DNA of 64,000 nucleotides from a virus, in the IMG/VR virus record IMGVR_UViG_3300031673_000021, positions 1 to 64,000 of that record, one strand, 5' to 3'. Position numbers and translations under genes: made by a program. How positions within the stretch are numbered: the stretch's first letter is position 1; every line of letters starts with the position of its first letter. Of the stretch, positions 16,804 through 24,311 are shown piece after piece. The notes below the pieces were generated by a model. The model saw only the letters and a program-made list of their open reading frames with translations. It was not told the origin of the DNA and did not search any database.

Positions 16804-18513
16804 ATGTCAAACATTTCATTTAAGGACCGACGATATTGGGTCACAATTGCGGCACTTGTGTATGCGGTTGCCGAGGTTGTTTTGTTTTATCCTGTCACCC
16901 GACATCCATTTTCACGCTTTATCGGAGTTCCCGGAGATGCACAACAATTCATGTGGTATCTTGGCTGGTTCTGGCATGCCGTCTTCCATGGAATGAACCC
17001 GTTTACTTCGACTTATATTAATTACCCTCACGGGATAAACCTCATGACGAACACCTCCATTATTGCTGAATCAGTCTTGTTTGGGCCGTTCGCTTATGTG
17101 TTTGGCGTAACGTTTGTATTTAATACAATGAACATGCTTAATTTGCTGGTGATTGGTGTCATTTCATTTCTTATTTTTGATGAGCTGGGAATGCGAAAAT
17201 GGATCGCTATGTTTGCTGGGCTGCTCGCCATTTTGCTCCCCTTTACAACCGCACAACTTGCCGGTCATACGCATATTGTGTTTACATCTCCTATATTTAT
17301 ATTGATATATCTGATGATTCGCGCGATAAGATACGGTGTTAGAAGGCCGATTGGGCTCGGCGTTATTATGGGCTTGGTGATTGGATTTGAGTTTTATACA
17401 TCCACCGAAGTGTTTGCGACTTCTGTGTTGGTTCTCGCGATCATGTTGGCTGCTTGGTGGATGTTGGATCAATCGCGTCTATATACGCTTGCGGCATCTA
17501 TTCCCCCCGTCGTTTATATGGTTACTGCGCTCTCCGCATCGATCATACTTCTTCCGGGATTGTGGATGCTTTTCTTTGGCCCATATCGACCATTAATAAA
17601 CCCGACGCATGACCCAAATGTATTTGTGAATGATTTTCTCAACTTCATTCTTCCCACGCCAATGTATGCGCTGCACAGCGGTGTAACAACGAATGTAACC
17701 AGTCATTTTTCGGGAAATTCCAGCGAAGATAACGGATATTTGGGACTGCCGATGCTGATTCTACTTGTGTGGTCTGTGCAGCGCATGTGGCATAGGAAGG
17801 AAATTCGAGTCATTTTTATTACGTTTCTGGCTATCATGGTTTTGTCTATGGGTCCACATCTTCACATCCTTGGATATACAACAAAGATACTTTTGCCATG
17901 GATCATTGTTGAACATCTTCCGCTCATCCAAAATGCATTACCGTCGCGCATCATGTTTTATGGGGATATATTGGCGGTTGTGTTGATAATCTTTGCATTG
18001 GATGACTTGGTGTCATCTCAGACAAAGATGTGGAGTCAATGGGCATCATTGGGCTCGTTGCTCTTAATTTCATCCACATGGTTCCCTGTTACTCCGTTTT
18101 TTAATACCAACAATCCTCCCTATCAATCCGCGATAAGCTCGAACGGAATTCTTTATGCGACCCTCAGAGGACACCCAACGATGATATTAACAGATGCGTT
18201 CGGGAATGTTATGCAATCCTTGGCTGCGGGGCATTACGCATTCCCCGTGGCAAATGTATATGGATTTTCCTACGATTCATCCGCCGACGGATCATATCGG
18301 CCTTATTCCATCGATCCAGTAATTGAGCCACTCAACCAACAGGCTGTCGATACATACATCCGGGGAATGATCCAAAATACCCATGTGCAGCGGATACTGT
18401 ATGTGGATTCAAACAACACACAGATTCCCACCAAACTTTACAATGCACTTACCATTGCTTGCGGGAATCCGACCGCAAAAAGTGGAAACTTTATCGTGTG
18501 GGCCACACACTAA
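16804..18513 (+). CDS. large polytopic membrane protein (GT-C/YfhO-like glycosyltransferase fold suspected)
   Basis: 569 aa with many hydrophobic helices, first loop 'GVPGDAQQFMWYLGWFWH', and a soluble C-terminal domain of about 130 aa. GAGGTG SD. AT-richer than the surroundings. Confidence 0.75.
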   Translation: MSNISFKDRRYWVTIAALVYAVAEVVLFYPVTRHPFSRFIGVPGDAQQFMWYLGWFWHAVFHGMNPFTSTYINYPHGINLMTNTSIIAESVLFGPFAYVFGVTFVFNTMNMLNLLVIGVISFLIFDELGMRKWIAMFAGLLAILLPFTTAQLAGHTHIVFTSPIFILIYLMIRAIRYGVRRPIGLGVIMGLVIGFEFYTSTEVFATSVLVLAIMLAAWWMLDQSRLYTLAASIPPVVYMVTALSASIILLPGLWMLFFGPYRPLINPTHDPNVFVNDFLNFILPTPMYALHSGVTTNVTSHFSGNSSEDNGYLGLPMLILLVWSVQRMWHRKEIRVIFITFLAIMVLSMGPHLHILGYTTKILLPWIIVEHLPLIQNALPSRIMFYGDILAVVLIIFALDDLVSSQTKMWSQWASLGSLLLISSTWFPVTPFFNTNNPPYQSAISSNGILYATLRGHPTMILTDAFGNVMQSLAAGHYAFPVANVYGFSYDSSADGSYRPYSIDPVIEPLNQQAVDTYIRGMIQNTHVQRILYVDSNNTQIPTKLYNALTIACGNPTAKSGNFIVWATH

Positions 18514-18536
18514 ACAAAGACCCTCACCGAAGTGGG
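18513..18536 (+). repeat. 24-nt perfect direct repeat, right copy
   Basis: Starts inside the TAA stop of the membrane-protein gene and is identical to 16667-16690. Confidence 0.9.
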
Positions 18537-18555
18537 GGTCTTAGCTTATGGAGCG

Positions 18556-18585
18556 AAAAGAAAAAGCCCGCGCATGAGCGCGAGC
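18556..18585 (-). terminator. intrinsic terminator of the MazF-like operon
   Basis: On the minus strand: GCTCGCGC-TCAT-GCGCGGGC followed by TTTTTCTTTT, immediately after the stop codon. Confidence 0.75.
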
Positions 18586-19058
18586 TATGATTGTGTGCTT
18601 GTGGTCTTGTTGACGTTGTATTCGACGATTTTCTTTAATGTTTCAAACATCTGCAAGACAATCATGAGTCGGAGATCCGTTTGAAACATATCATCTGCAC
18701 GGAGTCGTCCTTGTATTTCTCCCTCAATCGCCTCTCGTGTGATGGTGTAAATCTGGTCTAACTTTATGTATGAATCGTGCTGTAAGATGCCAGGGTAATC
18801 CGATGCCTTGAGTCCCATGTGAAACTGCTGGAGTTGTTTGTGAACCGGGTTTCCCTGTTCATCCGCTTCGATGTTTCCACTTTTGTCTTTCTTTACCCAC
18901 GATGAAATTGGAGAGACAATGACTGTTCTGTTGGGTAATGTGTCATCACTGAGGATAACGGCCATGTGTTTCCCGTTAAGCGTATAGTCCGGAGTAACCG
19001 GACTTGGCGGGAACTCCCACCAAATGACGTCGCCTCTAGAAAATGAATTCAACGGCAC
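18585..19058 (-). CDS. MazF/PemK-fold toxin-like protein with C-terminal extension
   Basis: 'RGDVIWWEFPP...GKHMAVILSDD...RTVIVSPISS...SYIKLDQIYTI' follows the MazF/PemK strand pattern. There is a central insertion and about 40 extra C-terminal residues. Confidence 0.6.
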   Translation of the reverse strand: MPLNSFSRGDVIWWEFPPSPVTPDYTLNGKHMAVILSDDTLPNRTVIVSPISSWVKKDKSGNIEADEQGNPVHKQLQQFHMGLKASDYPGILQHDSYIKLDQIYTITREAIEGEIQGRLRADDMFQTDLRLMIVLQMFETLKKIVEYNVNKTTSTQS

Positions 19059-19060
19059 CC

Positions 19061-19372
19061 TTATTCACTCTCCGTATTCTCTTTAATGGATTGATTTTGA
19101 ATTGACCCGAAAAATTGTTGGTTGAGGTCTTCGTCATCATCCGTGTCGCGGTTGTCCACGCCTCCGACCAAACACTTGACGCGGAGTTGCTTGTCATTTA
19201 CGAGGTCAAAAAAATCCACGCCAGTTTCCTTCTTGAAGCGCGACAAGCCGCTTCCAACATCAACGTGTTCGTCTCGGTCCCCAACCTGCGGTAGTTTCAT
19301 GAGATCGAACATTTTTGGTGCTCCTCCCGTTGGTCTGTACGTGTTTCGTTTTTTTTGCTCTTCATTGTCCAT
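19061..19372 (-). CDS. putative cognate partner (antitoxin position), no known fold recognised
   Basis: 103 aa, ending 2 nt upstream of the toxin-like gene start, with acidic tract 'NRDTDDDEDL'. No AbrB/RHH/HTH motif seen. Confidence 0.5.
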   Translation of the reverse strand: MDNEEQKKRNTYRPTGGAPKMFDLMKLPQVGDRDEHVDVGSGLSRFKKETGVDFFDLVNDKQLRVKCLVGGVDNRDTDDDEDLNQQFFGSIQNQSIKENTESE

Positions 19373-19506
19373 ATCGTAGTCCTCCTTTCAGTTGCTGTCA
19401 AATGCTGAATTCTCGTCTCAGACGTATGTTCTCATGCTTATGACGTTACTATTCCGTATGTGACAGTAACCATTGTGGACAAACTGCTTAAAGTTAATCC
19501 TGACGA

Positions 19507-19535
19507 ACAAAATCCCCCACCCATTCAGGTGAGGG
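19507..19535 (-). terminator. intrinsic terminator after the 19542 gene
   Basis: On the minus strand: CCCTCACC-TGAATG-GGTGGGGG (8 bp including one G-U) followed by ATTTTGTT. Confidence 0.5.
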
Positions 19536-19541
19536 ACCGCC

Positions 19542-19787
19542 TCACTTCCTCCCACCAGGCAAGACGCTGAGTGTCACTGGCAGATTCGCTGCGTCTTCCT
19601 GATCGGGCTCCAGTGTCGCCATAAGCTCTGGCAGGTATGCTGCCAACTCCAAGAACTCAAGGTCAGTGCGTGACTTCCTGATGGGACAATTATCACAATT
19701 CCATGGACTTCCGCATTCGTACTCGCAATAGGCTGACAGGTTCACGCCGATATCCACTACTGCGTCCACGAAGTTTAGTTTGCTCAC
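19542..19787 (-). CDS. Cys-rich small protein
   Basis: 81 aa. GTG start with GGAGAGGAGG 7 nt upstream. Contains 'CEYECGSPWNCDNC'. Confidence 0.55.
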   Translation of the reverse strand: MSKLNFVDAVVDIGVNLSAYCEYECGSPWNCDNCPIRKSRTDLEFLELAAYLPELMATLEPDQEDAANLPVTLSVLPGGRK

Positions 19788-20043
19788 CCAGCGCCCTCCT
19801 CTCCGGTAGCTGAATCAACTCAATCGGCGGCAGATGAATGGTGTACGTGTCGCACTTGTATCCGTCTCGCTCGACCTTATCGAACGTACGTTTGGTGATG
19901 GGCCGCTCCGTTGACCAGTACACGCTGTCCAGGTTGCGATAGGTATCCGTCGTTAGTAGCTCACGCTTGTAGTAGTAGTCGTAAGTCTGATCGCCCCTGG
20001 CATATCGTCGGCGGATATACCAGACGGTCTCACGGCTGTGCAT
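19693..20043 (-). CDS. hypothetical protein (Tyr/Arg-rich)
   Basis: Start set to ATG 20043 (TAATG coupling with the upstream gene). Its last 95 nt overlap the next gene in another frame. Confidence 0.45.
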   Translation of the reverse strand: MHSRETVWYIRRRYARGDQTYDYYYKRELLTTDTYRNLDSVYWSTERPITKRTFDKVERDGYKCDTYTIHLPPIELIQLPERRALGEQTKLRGRSSGYRREPVSLLRVRMRKSMEL

Positions 20044-20291
20044 TACTCCAGCACCTCCAGAGTCAGGCGTACCTGCGTGTAGGGTCTGACTAGTTGCAAG
20101 GCATGCTCCAGCCACTCATTGACGTCTCGGCCATTCAAGTAGCGAAAATACTCAACATCAGGCTCCGTGTGCCGTTCGTAGGAGTATGGACCCCCCAACT
20201 GATACGTGATGGTAGGTCGTAACTCGCTGATTTCGGCCACTTTCGACATCCCCTTTGTGTTAGGATAGTTTATGATATGCTCCAGATTCAT
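20043..20291 (-). CDS. hypothetical protein
   Basis: First gene of the leftward unit, divergent from the XRE gene. ATG 20291 preferred over TTG 20312 (neither has a strong SD). Confidence 0.45.
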   Translation of the reverse strand: MNLEHIINYPNTKGMSKVAEISELRPTITYQLGGPYSYERHTEPDVEYFRYLNGRDVNEWLEHALQLVRPYTQVRLTLEVLE

Positions 20292-20374
20292 AATTGTTGC
20301 CACTTCGTGCAATTATTTTTATTTCTACAGGCAGGAATTAGGGCCTAACGCGTTGAATATATAAATGAGGTGTC

Positions 20375-20578
20375 ATGATGAACCAAACACTACTCAAACA
20401 AAAAATCCTAGAAAGTGGTCTTAAGCAAGATTGGATTTCAAAACAAGTGGGGATTGCAACAAACACATTAAGCCGCATTGTGAATGGGAAGGTTACGCCG
20501 GATGTCAAAACAGCCTTGAAGATTGCGCGAGTTTTAGGGACCACCGTGGAGGAACTGTGGGGAGATGATGCGAAGTGA
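20375..20578 (+). CDS. XRE-family HTH regulator
   Basis: 67 aa. 'KQDWISKQVGIATNTLSRIVNG' HTH. First gene of a tightly coupled plus-strand operon. Confidence 0.8.
   Translation: MMNQTLLKQKILESGLKQDWISKQVGIATNTLSRIVNGKVTPDVKTALKIARVLGTTVEELWGDDAK
20560..20578 (+). repeat. 19-nt gene-junction cassette, copy 1
   Basis: GGGAGATGATGCGAAGTGA, identical to 21244-21262. Contains the SD and the GTG start of the next gene. Confidence 0.9.
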
Positions 20579-21009
20579 ACACATTCAAAAATATCCGCAT
20601 TATCAACTATTGCTGGTCATGCAATGAGCCATACGACCACACACATGCGGATGCCAACGAACGGAGCGTTAAATGCGGTAAGTGCGGCGGTTTCGTGGTT
20701 TCACCATCTGGCAAAGCGAAGATGGAAGTTATTCCTGGCACGAAGTGTTTCCTTCTTCAGGACGCAGAGAACCATTGGATAGCCGCAAATTCTGAGGAAG
20801 AAGCGAAGCGGTGCTATCGTGATACCTATGAGGATGACGAGGAGGATTACACTATACGCGAAATGACGTCACAGGAGATGCTGGAGATCATAATATTGGA
20901 AGATGATTATGACCCGGGGCATAAATCCGAAACAGGCGAGGTTCATCGGACAGTTACCACGTTGTTGTGGCGAGTTCCGTTTGGTAATCCCCAACCAATA
21001 AGACTGTAG
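20575..21009 (+). CDS. zinc-ribbon, acidic protein
   Basis: 144 aa. GTGA-coupled start. 'CWSC...CGKCGG', with acidic tracts 'YEDDEEDY' and 'LEDDYD'. Confidence 0.6.
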   Translation: MNTFKNIRIINYCWSCNEPYDHTHADANERSVKCGKCGGFVVSPSGKAKMEVIPGTKCFLLQDAENHWIAANSEEEAKRCYRDTYEDDEEDYTIREMTSQEMLEIIILEDDYDPGHKSETGEVHRTVTTLLWRVPFGNPQPIRL

Positions 21010-21023
21010 GGAGAGATGATGGA

Positions 21024-21269
21024 GTGGCGGAAATCAATGATGTCAGCGTTCCGTTCTCTATGCACCATTACGGGAATGGAGAGCGATGGTCTTGTGACGA
21101 GTGTGGAGAAGATAGCGTTCGTACATGGGGAGATACCATTCCAACGCGGAATTATGACGGCGCTATTTTTCGTATGCATGTCGAATGCACAGCATGCAAT
21201 ACCCATATGATTTTGATCCCAAACGAGCCTCCGCAGATACAAAGGGAGATGATGCGAAGTGACACCTGA
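21024..21269 (+). CDS. zinc-ribbon small protein
   Basis: 81 aa. GTG start after GGGAGAG. Contains 'CDECG...CTACN'. Confidence 0.5.
   Translation: MAEINDVSVPFSMHHYGNGERWSCDECGEDSVRTWGDTIPTRNYDGAIFRMHVECTACNTHMILIPNEPPQIQREMMRSDT
21244..21262 (+). repeat. 19-nt gene-junction cassette, copy 2
   Basis: Perfect copy of 20560-20578. Here the upstream ORF reads through it in a different frame. Confidence 0.9.
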
Positions 21270-21468
21270 TGAGGCACGAATAAGACTACAGATATACCAC
21301 GATCAACAAACGCCACTCGACCCGTCCTATGCTCGTGATTTGTATCGTCTAGCTGGATGGGAACTGACGGATGGATTGAAGGAGTCGCCCATTGAACTAT
21401 CGGAGCAGCAGAAAGCCGACTTGTTGGATGCAGAGCGGTATATGTTTATGAGGGGTGACACCGAATGA
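21259..21468 (+). CDS. hypothetical small acidic protein
   Basis: 69 aa. GTG start inside the junction cassette and ATGA coupling downstream. Confidence 0.55.
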   Translation: MTPDEARIRLQIYHDQQTPLDPSYARDLYRLAGWELTDGLKESPIELSEQQKADLLDAERYMFMRGDTE

Positions 21469-21695
21469 CATCAGAGGAAGTAAAAGCAAGGGCTGTATGG
21501 ATACTAATAGGAGATGACACGACATCTGAGGAGCGTGCCGCCCATGAACTTGCACAATGGGCGCTCGAAGCTGTGAAGGTGTTGGAGAAGATGGCGAACA
21601 ATGCGGACGTTTGCGACTACGATATCGAATACATGGGACTCGATGAGATTATGCAATTGGCGTCTGAGTTCCTCACAGGGAAGGTGAGCGGATGA
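21465..21695 (+). CDS. hypothetical small acidic protein
   Basis: 76 aa with ATGA coupling on both sides. Confidence 0.55.
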   Translation: MTSEEVKARAVWILIGDDTTSEERAAHELAQWALEAVKVLEKMANNADVCDYDIEYMGLDEIMQLASEFLTGKVSG

Positions 21696-21856
21696 TTATC
21701 TGGCGTATCAAATCGGATGAAGACGTTATTGCAGAAACTCCATATGTGCTCAAAAAGGGCGAGGTCTTAGCATTTCCCGATGGACGCGGACCCTATAAAG
21801 TGGTCAAGGTAAACCCGTGGGACTATGTATATCACGTGGAGAAGGTGAGTGAGTGA
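21692..21856 (+). CDS. 54-aa ORF missed by the 60-aa cutoff
   Basis: MIIWRIKSDEDVIAETPYVLKKGEVLAFPDGRGPYKVVKVNPWDYVYHVEKVSE. ATGA-coupled upstream and GTGA-coupled downstream, so it exactly fills the gap. Confidence 0.45.
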   Translation: MIIWRIKSDEDVIAETPYVLKKGEVLAFPDGRGPYKVVKVNPWDYVYHVEKVSE

Positions 21857-22152
21857 CACGTCAGCCAATCCACGATGATGACGGGAAAATTATCGGCTCG
21901 TATGATCCTGATTTTCTCGCCAACTTGCCTGACATACCCTATCGGCTTATAAAGTATCAGTGTGAAGAGTGTGAAGCGGAATTTCTGATGGACGTGCAGT
22001 TTGTAAAAGCAAACCCGGTGTCTTACATGAACTGCCCAATGTGCGGTAGTGAGTGCGAAGATATGTCCGCGACCAGTGATGAACAGTCTGACGAACTGGC
22101 TGATTGGGGATGTGCATATCCCAATCCTCGTGCCGCGAGCCAAAGGAGATAA
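21853..22152 (+). CDS. zinc-ribbon, acidic protein
   Basis: 99 aa with 'CEECE...CPMCGSEC'. Confidence 0.55.
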   Translation: MTRQPIHDDDGKIIGSYDPDFLANLPDIPYRLIKYQCEECEAEFLMDVQFVKANPVSYMNCPMCGSECEDMSATSDEQSDELADWGCAYPNPRAASQRR

Positions 22153-22155
22153 CGC

Positions 22156-22407
22156 ATGTCTGAGAAGACGGAAGCGAGCAACCAAGCGGATAAGAATTTC
22201 CTGAATTCACTAAGACGTTCATATGTAGAAAATAAGGATGCAGACGAAATGTATGCCGACCGGTTTATGTCTGTTTCAAATGAGGCGTTAAATGAGGAAA
22301 TCATACAGGTTTGTCCAAACTGCGGATTCCCGACAGAACAATTCAAGTGTGCCCCCTTCTGTGGGAACTGTGGATATGAGGGAGTCTGCGGCGATCCTAC
22401 AGCGTAA
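22156..22407 (+). CDS. zinc-ribbon small protein
   Basis: 83 aa. AAAGGAG SD. Contains 'CPNCG...CAPFCGNCG'. Confidence 0.6.
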   Translation: MSEKTEASNQADKNFLNSLRRSYVENKDADEMYADRFMSVSNEALNEEIIQVCPNCGFPTEQFKCAPFCGNCGYEGVCGDPTA

Positions 22408-22411
22408 ACGC

Positions 22412-22450
22412 AAAAAGGCCCCCACCCGTTAAGGGCAGGGGCTTTGTTTT
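22412..22450. terminator. bidirectional terminator between convergent operons
   Basis: AAAAA-GGCCCCCACCC-GTTAA-GGGCAGGGGC-TTTGTTTT, an imperfect GC stem with an A-run and a T-run on either side. Confidence 0.6.
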
Positions 22451-22961
22451 ACGCACTCTGTTGCGGTTGTACAGAGTCTCCAAATACGACCTTGAACCGA
22501 GCATCGTTCTTCAGGGCTTCAATGGCCTTGTCAGCCTCATCGAACACACCTTGAATCTGTGTGTCTGTCATGTTGATACCAAGTCCAGACAGAACCATGC
22601 GCAGCATGACTTCGGCCTTCACCTTCTCGTTAGGCGCGAGTTCGCTGTACAGCTTTTCAACGTTAATTAGGATGCTCTTTGCCTCGCTGACGGCTGTGGT
22701 GGAATTGAGGTGGTCGATGACATGCTGGGCAGTCAACTTTCCAACCTTCGCCTTAGCCGCGAACCAGGGGCTTTGCAGAAGGTGTTCAAACAGCTTCGCA
22801 CCGTCTTCCAGGACCGTTTTCACGCCGCCCGGAATCTTGTCCTCCACGAACTTGACTTCCTTTGGAAAGTGACTATTTAACCACTTGTAACCGGTCCAAA
22901 GAATGGCCGCCACACCTGCCGCCTGGGAACCAATGACTGTCCAATCCGTTCCGTTCCACAT
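22449..22961 (-). CDS. holin-like protein (LL-H holin family pattern)
   Basis: 170 aa. Single N-terminal TM 'VIGSQAAGVAAILWTGY', and a long hydrophilic tail with 'LSGLGINMTDTQIQGVFDEA' as I recall for LL-H-type holins. Last gene of the lysis cassette. Confidence 0.5.
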   Translation of the reverse strand: MWNGTDWTVIGSQAAGVAAILWTGYKWLNSHFPKEVKFVEDKIPGGVKTVLEDGAKLFEHLLQSPWFAAKAKVGKLTAQHVIDHLNSTTAVSEAKSILINVEKLYSELAPNEKVKAEVMLRMVLSGLGINMTDTQIQGVFDEADKAIEALKNDARFKVVFGDSVQPQQSA

Positions 22962-22973
22962 ACTATCCTCTCC

Positions 22974-24311
22974 TTATCGATTGAGTAGTTTGTTGAGATT
23001 AAACAGACTCGCGGCAAATTGACCGCGCGAAATACTTTGATCCGGCTTGAACGTCCCATCGTTGTACGCAAACATGATCCCGTTTTGCAAGGACCATTCC
23101 GCGACTTGTTGCCACTGTGTATGGTCGATGTCAGAGGGAACCGCAGGAAGCGGCGTAGGTGCCTTGGCGTTCCACTCGCACGATGCAGGCTGTGAGGTGA
23201 TCCAGGTCAGGTCAGGCTTTTGCCACCTTGCAACAGCGGTGTAGGTTCCCGGCGTATTGGTTGACCACGGCACAGCACCCTTGCCTGTGTCGTCTGTCGG
23301 CACCATACCATCTTCCCCGTCGCTCAGTTTAACCATGGGATATACAGGGAGGTTCATCGTGTTCAGTGGCTTTCCATCCTGCATGATATAGCAGCCGAAG
23401 TATCCGGTCTCTCCTACCGTGTATTGCGGCTTGTCCCAAAATGCTGAGATGGCATAGGTGTGCTGGACTTCTGATTGCGGTCCAGGGTCTTGTGGATATT
23501 GAGGCAATACCGAATCTGGATAGCCGACCACGGCGTCCCAAATATATTGCTCTGCATAGGCGAGCGACATCTTAAACGCGCCACCGATCCCCCAATTCCC
23601 CCACTGGTTCATCGCCCACACATAACCGTCACGCTTCGTGAGATCGTTCACTTCCGCGTAGAACAGATTGACCCAATGGCCACCCAAGGATTGCTCTCCC
23701 TGTGCAGGCATCGAGAGAATACCTGTGTTAGCACACTGCGCCGATTCGAGGTCAGCGAACACGTCAAACCCAATCGTGATAACAAGACCCTGCGCGAGTG
23801 CATCAAGGACATTGTTTAGAAAGTTGGTGTCCTTCGTGATGTACTTCACCTGGTCGGGTGATAACGCCAACTGCTTGAGCCATGGACCTTTCGGTTCATC
23901 CTTGAATCGCAGGGCGTAGTCTACGCCATATGGGTCCTCGTCCTCGAACTGGACGCCGAACTGTTCAAGCACCTTGATGCCATCTGCGACGGTTGCGCCT
24001 GAGTCCTGATTCACATTCCCTTCGAGGTTTCGTTCCTCCCAATACTGCGCGAGTTCCGAGAATTCCACATAGTGACCACCTGCTTGTTGCAGTAGAGCGG
24101 CGCGAAACAGTGTCGTACCAAATCCCGAACAATCCCCGAGTTGACCCTGATTGAGTGGCGTTGCCGGGAACAAATGGCGATTGTTGGGGAATACGGATGG
24201 TAGTGGTTTCCCGCTGTTGGTATAGGTCCCCCAAATTGGCGGTGCAGACGATGCAGCGAGTTTGAGATGATCAACGCGAACGATTGGAAACCGATGGGCC
24301 ATTCGCATCAC
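22974..24311 (-). CDS. endolysin: papain-like (C1) cysteine peptidase + beta-rich linker + single SLH-like module
   Basis: 'NQGQLGDCSGFG' (Gln/Cys), 'GGHWVNLFY' (His) and 'NQWGNWGIGG' (Asn-x-Trp-Gly) follow papain-family order. C-terminal 'NGIMFAYNDGTFKPDQSISRGQFAASL' is SLH-like. Confidence 0.65.
   Translation of the reverse strand: MMRMAHRFPIVRVDHLKLAASSAPPIWGTYTNSGKPLPSVFPNNRHLFPATPLNQGQLGDCSGFGTTLFRAALLQQAGGHYVEFSELAQYWEERNLEGNVNQDSGATVADGIKVLEQFGVQFEDEDPYGVDYALRFKDEPKGPWLKQLALSPDQVKYITKDTNFLNNVLDALAQGLVITIGFDVFADLESAQCANTGILSMPAQGEQSLGGHWVNLFYAEVNDLTKRDGYVWAMNQWGNWGIGGAFKMSLAYAEQYIWDAVVGYPDSVLPQYPQDPGPQSEVQHTYAISAFWDKPQYTVGETGYFGCYIMQDGKPLNTMNLPVYPMVKLSDGEDGMVPTDDTGKGAVPWSTNTPGTYTAVARWQKPDLTWITSQPASCEWNAKAPTPLPAVPSDIDHTQWQQVAEWSLQNGIMFAYNDGTFKPDQSISRGQFAASLFNLNKLLNR

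Noticed and set aside
16673-18542. The hairpins inside the two 24-nt repeat copies (GACCC-N10-GGGTC and AGACCC-N10-12-GGGTCT), considered as ordinary rho-independent terminators.
   Set aside because: The stems are short with 10-12-nt loops, and neither is followed by a U-tract. They may still have some terminator activity, but I do not annotate them as terminators.
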